Numbered from the stretch's first letter, positions 35,417-46,822 are shown. The stretch: DNA of 64,000 bases from an uncultured virus (IMG/VR IMGVR_UViG_3300022602_000072) (IMGVR_UViG_3300022602_000072); one strand, 5' to 3'. The notes: a model not told the origin generated them from the letters alone. Numbers and translations: made by a program.

Positions 35417-36763
35417 GTGGCAGATTTAAATACGCTTTCGAGCAGATTACGCTCTGAAATTGGCGACACAGCACGATCCTTTGTGGACAAATTTACTAGC
35501 GACGGAATTACAACTCGCTATCAACTTTCTCAAGCTCCAGTACAGGGAGCTACTCTTTCTGTAGTTATCTCAATTCCCCAAAGCACCCAAGCTGTTACGG
35601 GGGCCTATGCATTTGGCGGCAGCATTAGCTACTACTCAGCTAATAATAACTTTGTCGTAGGTCAGGTAGTAAACATTACTGGCCTATCAACCCCCGCCTT
35701 TAATATTACCGGTACAGTGGCCTCGGCCACCTCAACAGGCTTTACTATCCTAAACTCTGCTACGGGAACTACTGTAACCAACTCTACTACCGGAACTGCC
35801 GTAGGATTCCCGGCCACAGAGGATATCTCAAATATTTCTATTATTGAAGAAGGTGTAGGTGTTCTAACCCTCCCTTCAACTGCTGTCCCTATTAATGGCT
35901 CTGTTATAACAGTGTCTGGACAGGCATATAGGTACTTTACTGATTCTGAGATTGCCTACTATATAAACACTGCTTTTGCCCAGCATACCAATACAGAAAC
36001 GACAAGTTTGGGAAGTCGCATTACTCAGCTTGCTTATCTTCCAGCAATTGAAGAATATCCTGTAGTACTTTTTGCATCTACAATGGCCCTATATACTTTG
36101 GCTAACGATGCTGCTTTTGATATTGATATCATCTCACCAGATGGAGTATCTATTCCTCGTACTGAGCGTTACCGCCAGCTAATGGAGATGGTTCAGACTC
36201 GCAAAGCTCAATATACTGAGCTATGCACTATGCTGAATATCGGCCTATACCGCATTGAGGTATTTAGCCTACGCCGCATAAGCCGCCTCACAAACAGGTA
36301 CGTACCTATCTATCGCCCACAAGAGGTGGATGACTGGTCGCTTCCTCAAAGGGTCATGCTACCCACACCTACTTATGGGGATCAAACACCAGACGAACCT
36401 ATTGTGGTTCAAGATCTTGAAATGTACTCGGGAGACGACTTCTATCAGGAGTTCGGCTTCTCCTTTGATCTTACTAACTACACCGCAGCTTCTGAGATTG
36501 TTCTTTATCAGAACAGCGAATTCTCTCAAGTTGGGCCGGTTGTACTTGGCACCTTTACCATTGAAAAGGTAACAGCTACGGGAGGGGTATACCCAACCCT
36601 ACTTAAGCTTACCTTGCCAGCTAGTGTTACAGAGGAGCTTCCAAAGGTCTCCTACTATGACCTACGCTTGACCGACTCAAGCGGCAAAATCAAGACCTAC
36701 TTTGGGGGCAAGGTCTATACCTTCCCATCCGTAACCAATTCCTATAATCGTGGGGTCGTATAA
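35417..36763 (+). CDS. Head-to-tail adaptor with inserted beta module and C-terminal BppU-like domain
   Basis: LRSEIGD...YFTDSEI adaptor signature; GDDF...DLT.Y...YYDL C-terminus. Confidence 0.65.
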   Translation: MADLNTLSSRLRSEIGDTARSFVDKFTSDGITTRYQLSQAPVQGATLSVVISIPQSTQAVTGAYAFGGSISYYSANNNFVVGQVVNITGLSTPAFNITGTVASATSTGFTILNSATGTTVTNSTTGTAVGFPATEDISNISIIEEGVGVLTLPSTAVPINGSVITVSGQAYRYFTDSEIAYYINTAFAQHTNTETTSLGSRITQLAYLPAIEEYPVVLFASTMALYTLANDAAFDIDIISPDGVSIPRTERYRQLMEMVQTRKAQYTELCTMLNIGLYRIEVFSLRRISRLTNRYVPIYRPQEVDDWSLPQRVMLPTPTYGDQTPDEPIVVQDLEMYSGDDFYQEFGFSFDLTNYTAASEIVLYQNSEFSQVGPVVLGTFTIEKVTATGGVYPTLLKLTLPASVTEELPKVSYYDLRLTDSSGKIKTYFGGKVYTFPSVTNSYNRGVV

Positions 36764-37113
36764 TGCCTACAGTATGGACACCGTCCGGTACATCAGCCCA
36801 AACCACAGTAACTTATGCCTGTACTGGCACTAGCACCTGTGCATGTGGACAACAAGACGCCATAACCATCGTTGAACCTACCCCGATTACCCTTACCAAT
36901 GAGGGTAATGGCTTTCCGGCCATCGCCTTTACCTATTCTCAGCAGCTTGCTTCAGCCACCTGGACAATTAAACACAATTTAAACTTTTATCCGAACGTAA
37001 CTGTTGTAGACTCAGCAGGAACGATCTGTGAAGGTGAAATTAACTACGTGGACCAGAACAACATCATCCTCACATTTCAATCAGCTTTTAGCGGTAACGC
37101 TTACCTGTCATAA
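36763..37113 (+). CDS. Virion structural protein
   Basis: WTIKHNL..YPNVTVVD motif. Confidence 0.65.
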   Translation: MPTVWTPSGTSAQTTVTYACTGTSTCACGQQDAITIVEPTPITLTNEGNGFPAIAFTYSQQLASATWTIKHNLNFYPNVTVVDSAGTICEGEINYVDQNNIILTFQSAFSGNAYLS

Positions 37114-37127
37114 GGAGACCAGAGTAA

Positions 37128-38516
37128 ATGTCACGTTTATTTCTAACGCCGATAAACTTAAACAAGAATGAACTGCAGAATGCCGTCATTCAGAACCTTT
37201 CTACGGCGCCGTCTTCTCCCACGACCGGTCAAGTATATTTTGATACAGTAGCCAACCAGCTTAAGGTATATGAAGGTACCGGCTGGGCACCAGTAGGTGG
37301 AGTAGCCTACGGTTCTGGAGCACCTGCTAGTGCCCCACTTTCTACAGGCTCAATGTATCTTGATACAACTAATAACGTACTTTATGTATCTAATGGAACT
37401 AGCTCTTCAGCTAACTGGGTTCCATCAATGCCATACGGTCTTACTTCAGACATGGCATCACTCAATACTGCAAACAATGGTGGCTCATCTCTTAAGGTAG
37501 CTCGTGCAGATCACGTTCACCGCCACACCGATGCAGATCACTCTGGAATTCATCTTAATGCTCTTGCTACAGCAACCGGCAACTACTCAATGGGTACGTA
37601 TAATATTACGAACCTTGCTGATCCGGTTAACGCACAAGATGCTGCGACTAAGAACTATGTAGATGCAACTGCTCAAGGTCTTGTAGTCTTAGGATCTGTT
37701 GAGTATGCGTATGGTCCAACTGTTCCTGTTCCAGGAACTTACTCCGCTGGTTCAACTGGCGCAGATGGTGGTACCGGTGTTGGTGCAAAGATTACCTTTA
37801 CTGCAACTGGAACAACAACAGTTGATAATGGACCAGATGTACTACAACTTGGCGATCGTGTTCTTGTTATGGGCGGTACTACTGCTCTTTCAGGTTCGTC
37901 TTCTATTGCAAACGGTCTCTATACCGTAACAACAAAGGGAACTTCCGGAGTTGCTACTGTTCTTACTCGTTCAACTGACTATGACAACCACATTCTTGGT
38001 CAAGTAGTTGCAGGTACATTCGTATTCGTTGCTTCAGGAACTGTTTACGGCAACACTGGTTGGACTCAGATTCTTCAGGGAACTGCCACAACTCCTGCTG
38101 ATGGAATCAAGATTGGCACAGACCCAATTCAATTTACCCAGTTCTCTGGTGTAGGTTCTTGGATTAATGCTACTAACGGTGCGTTAAACTTTAGCGGAAA
38201 CACTATTGCGGTAATTCCAGGTCTTGGTATCACTACCACAGCTCAAGGAGCTGCGGGAGCTGCTACAGCTAACCAGGTAGCAATCAATACTGACGTAGTA
38301 GTTCGCAAATATGCGGCTACCATCGGTGATGGTTCCTCTACCTCTATTACAGTTACCCACAACCTTAACACTAGGGATGTAACGGTAGTCATCTACGATG
38401 CGGCTACTTATGCTGAAGTTGGTTGCGACATTACTCACACAACGGTAAATACCGTAACCTTTGCCTTCTCAGTGGCCCCAGCCTCTAGCGCCTATAGAGT
38501 AGTGATCCACGGATAA
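37128..38516 (+). CDS. Virion fibre/decoration protein
   Basis: DAATKNYVD fibre motif, ARADHVH, THNLNT C-terminal domain. Confidence 0.7.
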   Translation: MSRLFLTPINLNKNELQNAVIQNLSTAPSSPTTGQVYFDTVANQLKVYEGTGWAPVGGVAYGSGAPASAPLSTGSMYLDTTNNVLYVSNGTSSSANWVPSMPYGLTSDMASLNTANNGGSSLKVARADHVHRHTDADHSGIHLNALATATGNYSMGTYNITNLADPVNAQDAATKNYVDATAQGLVVLGSVEYAYGPTVPVPGTYSAGSTGADGGTGVGAKITFTATGTTTVDNGPDVLQLGDRVLVMGGTTALSGSSSIANGLYTVTTKGTSGVATVLTRSTDYDNHILGQVVAGTFVFVASGTVYGNTGWTQILQGTATTPADGIKIGTDPIQFTQFSGVGSWINATNGALNFSGNTIAVIPGLGITTTAQGAAGAATANQVAINTDVVVRKYAATIGDGSSTSITVTHNLNTRDVTVVIYDAATYAEVGCDITHTTVNTVTFAFSVAPASSAYRVVIHG

Positions 38517-38716
38517 TGAGTAAGCTGAACCTAACCCCGGTAAATATTCCGGCGTTTGTAGCTAATCCGGCCACCCCTACCGCTAAAGCTGGAGATATGT
38601 ACTACAATACTTCCAGCAACGCTATGTTCTATTTTAATGGGACAACCTGGCAACAATTTGCCTCAGGTAGTGGAGCAATTGCGGACATAACCTACTTTAA
38701 CTATTGGACTGAATAA
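38516..38716 (+). CDS. Small virion protein
   Basis: GDMYYNT...FYFNGTTW motif. Confidence 0.6.
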   Translation: MSKLNLTPVNIPAFVANPATPTAKAGDMYYNTSSNAMFYFNGTTWQQFASGSGAIADITYFNYWTE

Positions 38717-39051
38717 TGGCATCGATCGTAGCAGACCTTGGAGTTGTATACAACTCTACAGCAACCACGCCCACTTCTAGCCCAAATTTGCTTTATACAG
38801 CTCCATCTAATTTTTTGTTAGAAGTTGTGGCTACAAACTTAGCCGTAACTGATGGGGTAATTTATGTGCATGTAAACCATGCTGGGGATGTCTCACCTAC
38901 CCAGTGGGCCTATATTGTATATAACCTGCCCCTACCATCTCAGAACTCATATGAGACATCAAAGATAGCCGTAAAGCAGGGCGATTCTGTATATGTATCA
39001 GGTTCTGCAAATATTTCATTTCATGCCCAAGGCATGGCTCAGGTATCTTAA
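38716..39051 (+). CDS. Small virion protein
   Basis: ORF coupled in structural operon. Confidence 0.6.
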   Translation: MASIVADLGVVYNSTATTPTSSPNLLYTAPSNFLLEVVATNLAVTDGVIYVHVNHAGDVSPTQWAYIVYNLPLPSQNSYETSKIAVKQGDSVYVSGSANISFHAQGMAQVS

Positions 39052-39063
39052 TAGGAGGATAGA

Positions 39064-39477
39064 ATGGCTCAAGGATACGCATACCCAGTCGGGGCTAGTG
39101 GAAGCACTGGCTCAGCTAACTCTGTCACCGTACCTCTAAGCACAACCGGCGTCACTACTATCTGGACAGCTGCCCTTAAGACCCAGATTAACTCAGTCCT
39201 TATCACCAACACCTCCGGTGGAATCTTACCTGTCTACCTATACCTTAGGGATTCAGATGAGTCTACCGATGAGCAGATTCTATATACCCGAGTCCTTAAG
39301 AACCGCTATGCAGTTATGCCACTGGTTGCTGGGGATCCAAGGGTTGGCGACACAGACAGCACCCTATCTGGAACTTTGACCGAGATTATCCTCAACACGG
39401 GCGATATCCTTAAGGCATCTTGTCCAGTAGCTGGGGCTATTAATATCACCGTAAACTTCTCTGAAGGAGTTAAATAA
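39064..39477 (+). CDS. Small virion protein
   Basis: ORF with AGGAGG RBS. Confidence 0.6.
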   Translation: MAQGYAYPVGASGSTGSANSVTVPLSTTGVTTIWTAALKTQINSVLITNTSGGILPVYLYLRDSDESTDEQILYTRVLKNRYAVMPLVAGDPRVGDTDSTLSGTLTEIILNTGDILKASCPVAGAINITVNFSEGVK

Positions 39478-39743
39478 TGGCAGACTTCGTCTGGTATCCT
39501 TCAACCATAGACTCCAACTCAGCAACCCTTGAGGACTTTGTAGATAAGATTTTCTACGGGGTTCGCCAAGACTCTGCCACGGGTCATGCTACAATTGAGA
39601 AGATTGCGGGGGACTCTCCAATTAGCCTACCAAGTGCCACAAGCCAGTCGGCTAATGACTATCGAAATTGGATGTGGACAAATAACACATTCACATTTAG
39701 CTGGAACAACGCAACAGGACATCTTCTAATGGAGGTTTTATAA
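39477..39743 (+). CDS. Small virion protein
   Basis: ORF coupled to fibre gene. Confidence 0.6.
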   Translation: MADFVWYPSTIDSNSATLEDFVDKIFYGVRQDSATGHATIEKIAGDSPISLPSATSQSANDYRNWMWTNNTFTFSWNNATGHLLMEVL

Positions 39744-39744
39744 C

Positions 39745-42700
39745 ATGGCTCAGATCCTAGACCTGGGTAAGATCCGCTTTAACTGGGCCGGTGCATACTC
39801 GTCAACAACAACCTATAGCTACAACGATGTTGTCACGTTTGGACCAAACCTTTACGCATTCACCTCAGCAACAAGTGCAACTAACGTTGACCCTACCAAC
39901 ACTGGTAGCTGGACTCTAGTTGTACAGGGTTTTGAATGGCGTGGAACCTGGACCCACAGCACCCTCTACTACCTAAACGATGTCGTAACTGATGGCGTTA
40001 GCGCATGGATCTCAACCTCTCAGCATACATCTCCAAGCACTGGAGCAATTGCTGCTGATTCTAACTTTAATCTTTTAGCTCTAGGTAACACTGAGCTTCC
40101 TTCTCTTATCTCTGAGTCAAATAAGCTTCTTACCAACGATGGTGCAAACACCTCTTGGACAGATACTGTCGAGCTCACCAAGGAATACCTTGGAAGCAAC
40201 CAGGGTGCAGATGCAGTAGCTTTTGAAACAAGTGCTACTCTTACAAATGCAGCAGAAGTTGTTGTAACAAATCACCCAGATAACTTTGCTCAAATTGCTT
40301 TCCAAAACTCAGGTACCGGAGCTAACGCTTCTACAGACTTTATTGCCTATACTGATACCGGAAATGATGCCTCTGGCTACATTGACATGGGTATTACAAG
40401 CAGCACATTTAGTGCAGCTAACTACGGAATTACTGGCCCACATGATGGTTATATTTTCATGTCTGGTCCTCGTGGAACAACCCAACAAATTCTTCTTGCA
40501 CAGAGCTTGGGTGGCGTAGTAACTCTTACTACAGGTACCCCACACGGATGGACAGTTGGACAAACTGTACGTGTTGAAGGTGTCCCACTAGGCGGAACAG
40601 TATTTGTAAATGGCGAATACACAATCACAGCCGTTACAACCAGCACAGTAAGCTATGCTGCTCCAGCTGGATCAACGCCATTCGTTTCCCAGTCTCTCGG
40701 TACTCCAGGAACAGCTTACCGCCCACTAGGAACTGGTAACCTTGTTCTTGCTACTGACCTTTCTGGTACATCTAACGAAATCATCTTTGCTGCGGGTGGT
40801 TTCTTCACCGGTCGTACACAGATGTCTATCATTCCTGATCAGTCTGTTAATATCGCAATCTCTACCTCTTCAACAAGCCCAACTACTGGTGCTCTTGTTG
40901 TAGCTGGTGGTGCTGGTATTACTGGCAACATTAACTCTCTTGGAAACATCTCTACAACAGGTATCTTCTACGGTGGACTTAATGCTCAGACAGCAGCAAA
41001 CATTGCTCTGCTCTCTAATACAAATGCAGTCTTTACTTCAAACGTAAACAGCTACGCTCAGATTGCCTTCATCAACGAAGGAAACCAGGGTAACAGCTCA
41101 ACCGACTTTATTGCCTACCCAGCTAACGGTAATGATAACCATGGTTACATTGATATGGGTATTACCTCCCAGTCATTTAACCAAGCAACCTATGGAATTA
41201 CCGGACCTAATGATGGTTACATCTTTATGTCTGCTCCACAGTCTGTTACTATTTCAGCCACAGCTTACTCAGTTACTTCTAACGTAGTAACAATTACTAC
41301 CCAATCAGCCCACAATATTCCAATCGGTGCGTTGATTACTGTATCTGGCTTTAGCACCGGAGCTATTAACGGTTCTAAGACAGTTCTTTCTGTTCCAGCT
41401 GTTAATACCCTTACATTTGCAACAACCACAACTAACACTTCTGGCACAGTAAGCCTAAGCCCTTACGCCACGGTTGTTATGCCTACCGGACACGGTAACT
41501 TGGTACTTGCTACAGATAACACCGGTACACAAAATAACATCGTATTTGCTGCAGGTGGTTTGACATCTGGTACAACTCAGATGACTATCGTTCCAGCAAG
41601 CACAGTAAATATTGCAATTACTACAGCTGCTACCTCAACTACTACAGGTGCTTTAACAGTATCTGGTGGCGCCGGTCTTGTTGGAGACTTGTGGGTTGGT
41701 GGAACTATCCACGCTCACGGAACTCTTCTTGCTGGTGACGCTGGTGTAGAAAACTTCTTTAACACCGCATTCTTGACAGCTCCTGCTGCAGTATTTGAGC
41801 AGACCTCTCCTGCTAATACCTACGCACAGGTTGCTCTTCGTAACCCAACCTCATCATCTTCAGCTGACTTCATCGCATATCCAGATAATGGAAATGACGC
41901 TGATGGCTGGATTGATATGGGTATCACAGGCTCTACCTTTAACTCTGCTACCTATGGCATCACAGGACCTAACGATGGTTATCTCTTTGTAGATGCTCCA
42001 AACATTAGCCCTAAGATTGGTAACGGTAACCTTGTTTTAGCAACAGGTGTTAACGGTCTCCAGAACCGTATTATCTTCGCTGCTGGTGGTTTTGTTACTG
42101 GCCGTACTCAGATGACAATCATCCCAGATACCTCAGTCAACATTGCTATCTCAACAGCCTCTACCTCTACGACAACCGGTGCTTTGGTTGTTAACGGCGG
42201 CGTAGGTCTTACCGGTAACTTGAACGTTGGCGGTAACGTAAATATCACCGGTAACATTACCTTCGGTGGTTCTGGAACCCAGGTTACCTCAGCTAACTTG
42301 GCTGTTACTAACCCAGTAGTATTCGTAGGAAACAGCAACCCATCAGACGTTTTGGATATGGGTCTCTTCGGACAGTATGTAACTGGCTCAACAACCTACT
42401 ATGCCGGTATCGTCCGTGACCACAGCACCGGTGTTTTCAAGCTCCTAAAGACCTTGGGAACCAAGCCTACAAATACAGTAAACTTTGCTGATAGCACAGT
42501 AGCCTTCGCAGACCTTCAGCTTAATAACCTGACGATCAACAAGGCAACTATCAGCGGAACCCCAAGCGCTAGCACAGATGCGGCTACCGTAACAACGGTT
42601 CAGTCCTACATCGGTACTCGTACAACCGTAAACTCAAACTACACAATGAACCCATTTGACGCCCTATGGTGCGACAGCTCCGCAGGTGCGTTTACCCTGA

Positions 42701-42903
42701 CCCTCCCAGCTAACCCAACGGTTAACACAAGGGTCTGGATCACTGACGTTGCCTCAGCCTTTGCCACAAATAACGTAACTGTGGTAGTATCTGACAGCTC
42801 AAAGATTATGGGTATCGCCTCAAACAACCTCATACTCAACGTAAAAAATGCAACGGTAACCCTGGTATACTCAGGTACCACCTATGGATGGAGACTAGTC
42901 TAA
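39745..42903 (+). CDS. Long fibre protein with three internal repeats
   Basis: DLGKIRF.W.GAY N-terminus; three copies of DFIAY...GND..G.IDMGIT...YGITGP.DGY...GNLVLAT...FAAGG; TLTLPANP C-terminal domain. Confidence 0.8.
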   Translation: MAQILDLGKIRFNWAGAYSSTTTYSYNDVVTFGPNLYAFTSATSATNVDPTNTGSWTLVVQGFEWRGTWTHSTLYYLNDVVTDGVSAWISTSQHTSPSTGAIAADSNFNLLALGNTELPSLISESNKLLTNDGANTSWTDTVELTKEYLGSNQGADAVAFETSATLTNAAEVVVTNHPDNFAQIAFQNSGTGANASTDFIAYTDTGNDASGYIDMGITSSTFSAANYGITGPHDGYIFMSGPRGTTQQILLAQSLGGVVTLTTGTPHGWTVGQTVRVEGVPLGGTVFVNGEYTITAVTTSTVSYAAPAGSTPFVSQSLGTPGTAYRPLGTGNLVLATDLSGTSNEIIFAAGGFFTGRTQMSIIPDQSVNIAISTSSTSPTTGALVVAGGAGITGNINSLGNISTTGIFYGGLNAQTAANIALLSNTNAVFTSNVNSYAQIAFINEGNQGNSSTDFIAYPANGNDNHGYIDMGITSQSFNQATYGITGPNDGYIFMSAPQSVTISATAYSVTSNVVTITTQSAHNIPIGALITVSGFSTGAINGSKTVLSVPAVNTLTFATTTTNTSGTVSLSPYATVVMPTGHGNLVLATDNTGTQNNIVFAAGGLTSGTTQMTIVPASTVNIAITTAATSTTTGALTVSGGAGLVGDLWVGGTIHAHGTLLAGDAGVENFFNTAFLTAPAAVFEQTSPANTYAQVALRNPTSSSSADFIAYPDNGNDADGWIDMGITGSTFNSATYGITGPNDGYLFVDAPNISPKIGNGNLVLATGVNGLQNRIIFAAGGFVTGRTQMTIIPDTSVNIAISTASTSTTTGALVVNGGVGLTGNLNVGGNVNITGNITFGGSGTQVTSANLAVTNPVVFVGNSNPSDVLDMGLFGQYVTGSTTYYAGIVRDHSTGVFKLLKTLGTKPTNTVNFADSTVAFADLQLNNLTINKATISGTPSASTDAATVTTVQSYIGTRTTVNSNYTMNPFDALWCDSSAGAFTLTLPANPTVNTRVWITDVASAFATNNVTVVVSDSSKIMGIASNNLILNVKNATVTLVYSGTTYGWRLV

Positions 42904-42904
42904 T

Positions 42905-45900
42905 ATGTCATTTCTAACTGACTTCACAATCTCAGACCCTAACGCCGGTCGTTTAGGAATTCTCGAGCAAGTCTTTACCTCTTCTGGTACATGGACTGCA
43001 CCTGCAGGTGTTAACGCTGCACAGGTTATCCTCGTTGGTGGAGGTGGAGGTGGTGGCCAGTCTACCGGTAACACTGCTGGTGGTGGAGGCGGTGGCGGTG
43101 CCGTAGTAACCCGTAACCTTGCTGTTACTCCAGGAACCACATACAACGTTACTGTTGGTGCTGGTGGACAAGGTGGAGCTGGACAGCTTACCTCTTGGCA
43201 GGATTACAACCAGTCATTTCCTGGCGTAAACGGTGGTTCTTCAATCTTTGGTACAGGCTCTGTACTTAACCTTCTTCAGAACACTACTTTTGACTTCTCT
43301 ATTGCTGGTTGGGAAAACCTTGCCTATATCCGTCAGGGTATTGGCGCTATTAGCCAGAACACTGTTAACATCTATCCAAACGTAACCGGTTTGCAGGTAG
43401 GTATGTACATAACTGGACCTAACGTTCCATCTTCAACTACAGTTACTGCTATCAATACTACAACCAACCAGGTTACCCTTTCTCAGAACATTACCACTTC
43501 TACCAGCCTTGGAACTTACTACTTCAACTGGGCTGAATCATGGGTATACCAGGGCACAATTAACTACCCAGCTATTTCAAGCAACACGGTATTTAACAAT
43601 AACCTTCAGACTGCTAACAAGCCTGCTACCCCAGACTGGAAGAACCTTTCCAATAACCTTTGGTTCTGGAACAACGCCACAATGGAAGATCCAAACATTA
43701 TTAACAATGGTTGGGTACGTAACCGTATTTCAGGAACTTTGAGCATTACAAATACAAACGTTCCACCAAAGCTTCAGGAAATGCAGTTCAGCTTTACTAA
43801 GTCTGGCGCTGTAGTTACTAGCGGTTCTGCTGTTGTTACTGGTCTTGATACTACCCAGCTTATGCCTGGAATGTACGTAACACTTCAGTCTGCTTTCCCA
43901 GCAAACACTCAGATTAACACAATTGATGTGAACTCTACTTCAGGTCAGATTACCCTGTCTAACGTAGCCTACGCTACAAATGCTTCAGCAACATTGACCT
44001 TTAGCTATGGTCCATATTCAGTACTTAACCAGAACTGTCTTGTATTCCAGACTGGTTCTACAGTACCTAATATGCTTACTGTTTCAGCATTTAACAACGG
44101 AACAACCTCTAACGGTGGTTCAGTAGCTATAGCAGTGATCCCAGGACAGACCTACACAATGTCTGCGTATATCGCTGTAAACACTAATATCTCTACATCT
44201 ACACCTATTTTGTTCCAGCTTCGTTCAACTGGTTATTCTAACTATGCTGACGTTAACACTACCTTCCTCGGCGGTACAAGCTCATCTAACGGTGGATCTA
44301 TTGATGCATCAGCAGCTAACGGATTCTTTGTTCGCCAGCAGACTCCAACTGTAGTTACTGGTTATGGAACTAACGTAGTTCAGACTGCAACTTTTGCATC
44401 AGCAGCTACAACCCTTACACTTCCAAGCGTAGCTGGTATCTTGGTTAACATGACTGTTACAGGTACAGGTATTACTGCTGGAACCACAGTTACTGCGGTT
44501 AACACCTCAACCAACGTTGTAACTTTGAGCACAGGTACTGCTTCTGCTCAGAGCGGTGTAAACATTACCTTTGCAATGCCAGCTAATACACAGCTTCTTG
44601 CTACAGGTAATACTGCACCTACATATACCTACCAGCGTGTATCTGCAACATTTACTATCCCAGCTGTTGCTGCGACTCGTTCAGCCGGCGTATATGCGTG
44701 GGGAGATAACCCAATCTGGGTATACCCACAGCTTGTATTCCAGCAACCAAACGTAACAGTGTATATGTCTGATTTCCAACTTGAAGTAGGATCAAACGTA
44801 ACAGCGTTTACCCCTCCTACAACTAACTACCGCACCGTAGTACGTCTACTTCCACGTACTGCTAACGTAGGTAACCTTGAAATGACGCACCGCTTTACTA
44901 AGGTAGTTGCTGGAACTGCTTACTCGGGTTCCGCATTCCTTGTTGGTGGCGGTAGCTCAACAGGTATGCGCCCAATTAACGCATTCATTGAGTGGTTTGA
45001 TGCACAGTACAACTCACTAGGTCGTGTAGTTGGATCTAACCAGTTTGTAGCACATACCGGTGTAGGTTCTTATGCTCAAGACTGGGGATTCCAGTACTTG
45101 GCACACCCTCTTCGTATAGCCATTGAAAACCAAGTTGCTCCAGTAGGAACTGCTTATGCACGCTTTGGTTTCCAAGTAATCAATGGTGCTACCGCTACTA
45201 CAGCAAACTATGTTGAATACTACATGTTTGCTCCTCAGTTTGAGGCTGGAACAACTATTACTAACTTCCACGATCCTTTGAATCCAAACGATACAGCTGT
45301 TTGGTCAGGTATGCCTGGAATGTCTCCAATTACTAGCACACCTCTTGCTATAGCAGGAGGCGGTGGCGGTGGTGGAGCATATAACTCACCTACAGTTATC
45401 TGGACCTATGGTCTTCCTGGTGCAAACCAGGGCGGTCAGGCCGGACAGTACTGGAGCACCTCAGCCGGTAAGGATAACCCTAACTATGCTGGTGGCGGCG
45501 CTGGTGCAGGTGGTTGGGGCTACAACGGCGCATGGAATATCATGCAGTCACACAACAGTGGCACTACTCAGTACCCTAGCTCTACTATCCAATGGGGTAA
45601 CCAATATATGCCTGCTGGACAGCATAAGTCCGGTAACTACGGTGGATATGGTGTTGCTTTCTGGGGAACTAGCGATAACTACCTTAACGCCCAAGGTGGC
45701 GATGGTGGTCCGGGAATTGCACTTACAGGTGCGGGCGGAACCAGCATTACCGGCATCATGTTTGGTGGCGGAGGAGGCGGTGGAGGTTGGGGCAGCACAA
45801 CCATCCACTTACCAGGAAAGGGAAATGCTGGCGGTGGACGTGGTGGAGTAACCTATCTTTACCAGCCATACAACTCTTCAGATTACCACTCACGTGGTAT

Positions 45901-46810
45901 GGATGCACAGCCTAACACCGGTTCTGGTGGTGGTGGTGGCGGAAACATCTCTACCAACGAATGGGATTCGCTACAACAGCACAGCTCATACTACTGGCTA
46001 TCTAACGAATCAAACGCTGAAATTGAAAAGTGGATTAACCAGTACAACACTCAGATTAACACAGCAACACCTTCGCTATATTCCTCCAATACTGCGATGC
46101 GTATGACTGCTGAATCTCAGGGTAACGGTAAGATGGTAACAGCTTTCCCAATTGCCGTACTTCCACGTACTGAGCTTGTATTCCCTGGAATGGCCGCTAT
46201 CCTTCGTAACGCACCTGGTGGTGTTAACGCACAGAGCTATACGGCCACAGTTACTGCAGCATCTGCCACAGGCGGTGTTGTTACCTATACAGCAGCTAAT
46301 AACTTCTCGGTTGGCTCTACAGTAACAATTACAGGCCTATCAACAGCGGCCTTTAACCTAACATCAGTAACAATTGCGTCAGCTACCTCTACTCAGTTTA
46401 CGGTTGTAAACGCAGCAACAGGTACAGCAGTTACTGGCGCTACAGCTACGGCAACGGTTATTGGTCAGACTAAAAAGGCTCGCTTCTCAGTTCGCTGGTT
46501 GGATGCTTCACAGAACCTAATCTTTGAAGATCGTATGTCAGATATCATCTTTACCTCTGTTGGCGCATGGACCTACAATACGGGACAGGCCCAGACTATC
46601 GGTACAAACGCCTACTGGCAGACACGTAAGGCTCCAGACAATGCCGTTTGGTGTCAGTATTCGTGGGAATTTGCAAACTTCGATGCTGGTGACTATATGG
46701 ACGTAGACTTCAGCAACACCGGTATTCAGTACTACGCATGGCGTGGTGAAGGCGGTAACGGTGCTGACGGTATTGCAATTGTTCGTTGGTACCAGAAGGC
46801 CTCATTCTAA
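42905..46810 (+). CDS. Glycine-rich fibre/receptor-binding protein with carbohydrate-binding-like domains
   Basis: FTSSGTWTAP, GGGGGG blocks, QLEVG/QFEAG motifs, C-terminal G.DGIAIVRW. Confidence 0.75.
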   Translation: MSFLTDFTISDPNAGRLGILEQVFTSSGTWTAPAGVNAAQVILVGGGGGGGQSTGNTAGGGGGGGAVVTRNLAVTPGTTYNVTVGAGGQGGAGQLTSWQDYNQSFPGVNGGSSIFGTGSVLNLLQNTTFDFSIAGWENLAYIRQGIGAISQNTVNIYPNVTGLQVGMYITGPNVPSSTTVTAINTTTNQVTLSQNITTSTSLGTYYFNWAESWVYQGTINYPAISSNTVFNNNLQTANKPATPDWKNLSNNLWFWNNATMEDPNIINNGWVRNRISGTLSITNTNVPPKLQEMQFSFTKSGAVVTSGSAVVTGLDTTQLMPGMYVTLQSAFPANTQINTIDVNSTSGQITLSNVAYATNASATLTFSYGPYSVLNQNCLVFQTGSTVPNMLTVSAFNNGTTSNGGSVAIAVIPGQTYTMSAYIAVNTNISTSTPILFQLRSTGYSNYADVNTTFLGGTSSSNGGSIDASAANGFFVRQQTPTVVTGYGTNVVQTATFASAATTLTLPSVAGILVNMTVTGTGITAGTTVTAVNTSTNVVTLSTGTASAQSGVNITFAMPANTQLLATGNTAPTYTYQRVSATFTIPAVAATRSAGVYAWGDNPIWVYPQLVFQQPNVTVYMSDFQLEVGSNVTAFTPPTTNYRTVVRLLPRTANVGNLEMTHRFTKVVAGTAYSGSAFLVGGGSSTGMRPINAFIEWFDAQYNSLGRVVGSNQFVAHTGVGSYAQDWGFQYLAHPLRIAIENQVAPVGTAYARFGFQVINGATATTANYVEYYMFAPQFEAGTTITNFHDPLNPNDTAVWSGMPGMSPITSTPLAIAGGGGGGGAYNSPTVIWTYGLPGANQGGQAGQYWSTSAGKDNPNYAGGGAGAGGWGYNGAWNIMQSHNSGTTQYPSSTIQWGNQYMPAGQHKSGNYGGYGVAFWGTSDNYLNAQGGDGGPGIALTGAGGTSITGIMFGGGGGGGGWGSTTIHLPGKGNAGGGRGGVTYLYQPYNSSDYHSRGMDAQPNTGSGGGGGGNISTNEWDSLQQHSSYYWLSNESNAEIEKWINQYNTQINTATPSLYSSNTAMRMTAESQGNGKMVTAFPIAVLPRTELVFPGMAAILRNAPGGVNAQSYTATVTAASATGGVVTYTAANNFSVGSTVTITGLSTAAFNLTSVTIASATSTQFTVVNAATGTAVTGATATATVIGQTKKARFSVRWLDASQNLIFEDRMSDIIFTSVGAWTYNTGQAQTIGTNAYWQTRKAPDNAVWCQYSWEFANFDAGDYMDVDFSNTGIQYYAWRGEGGNGADGIAIVRWYQKASF

Positions 46811-46822
46811 GGAGATATAATC

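Noticed and set aside
43037..45942. GGT/GGC tandem runs
   Set aside because: They encode poly-glycine blocks of the fibre protein and are not independent DNA repeats
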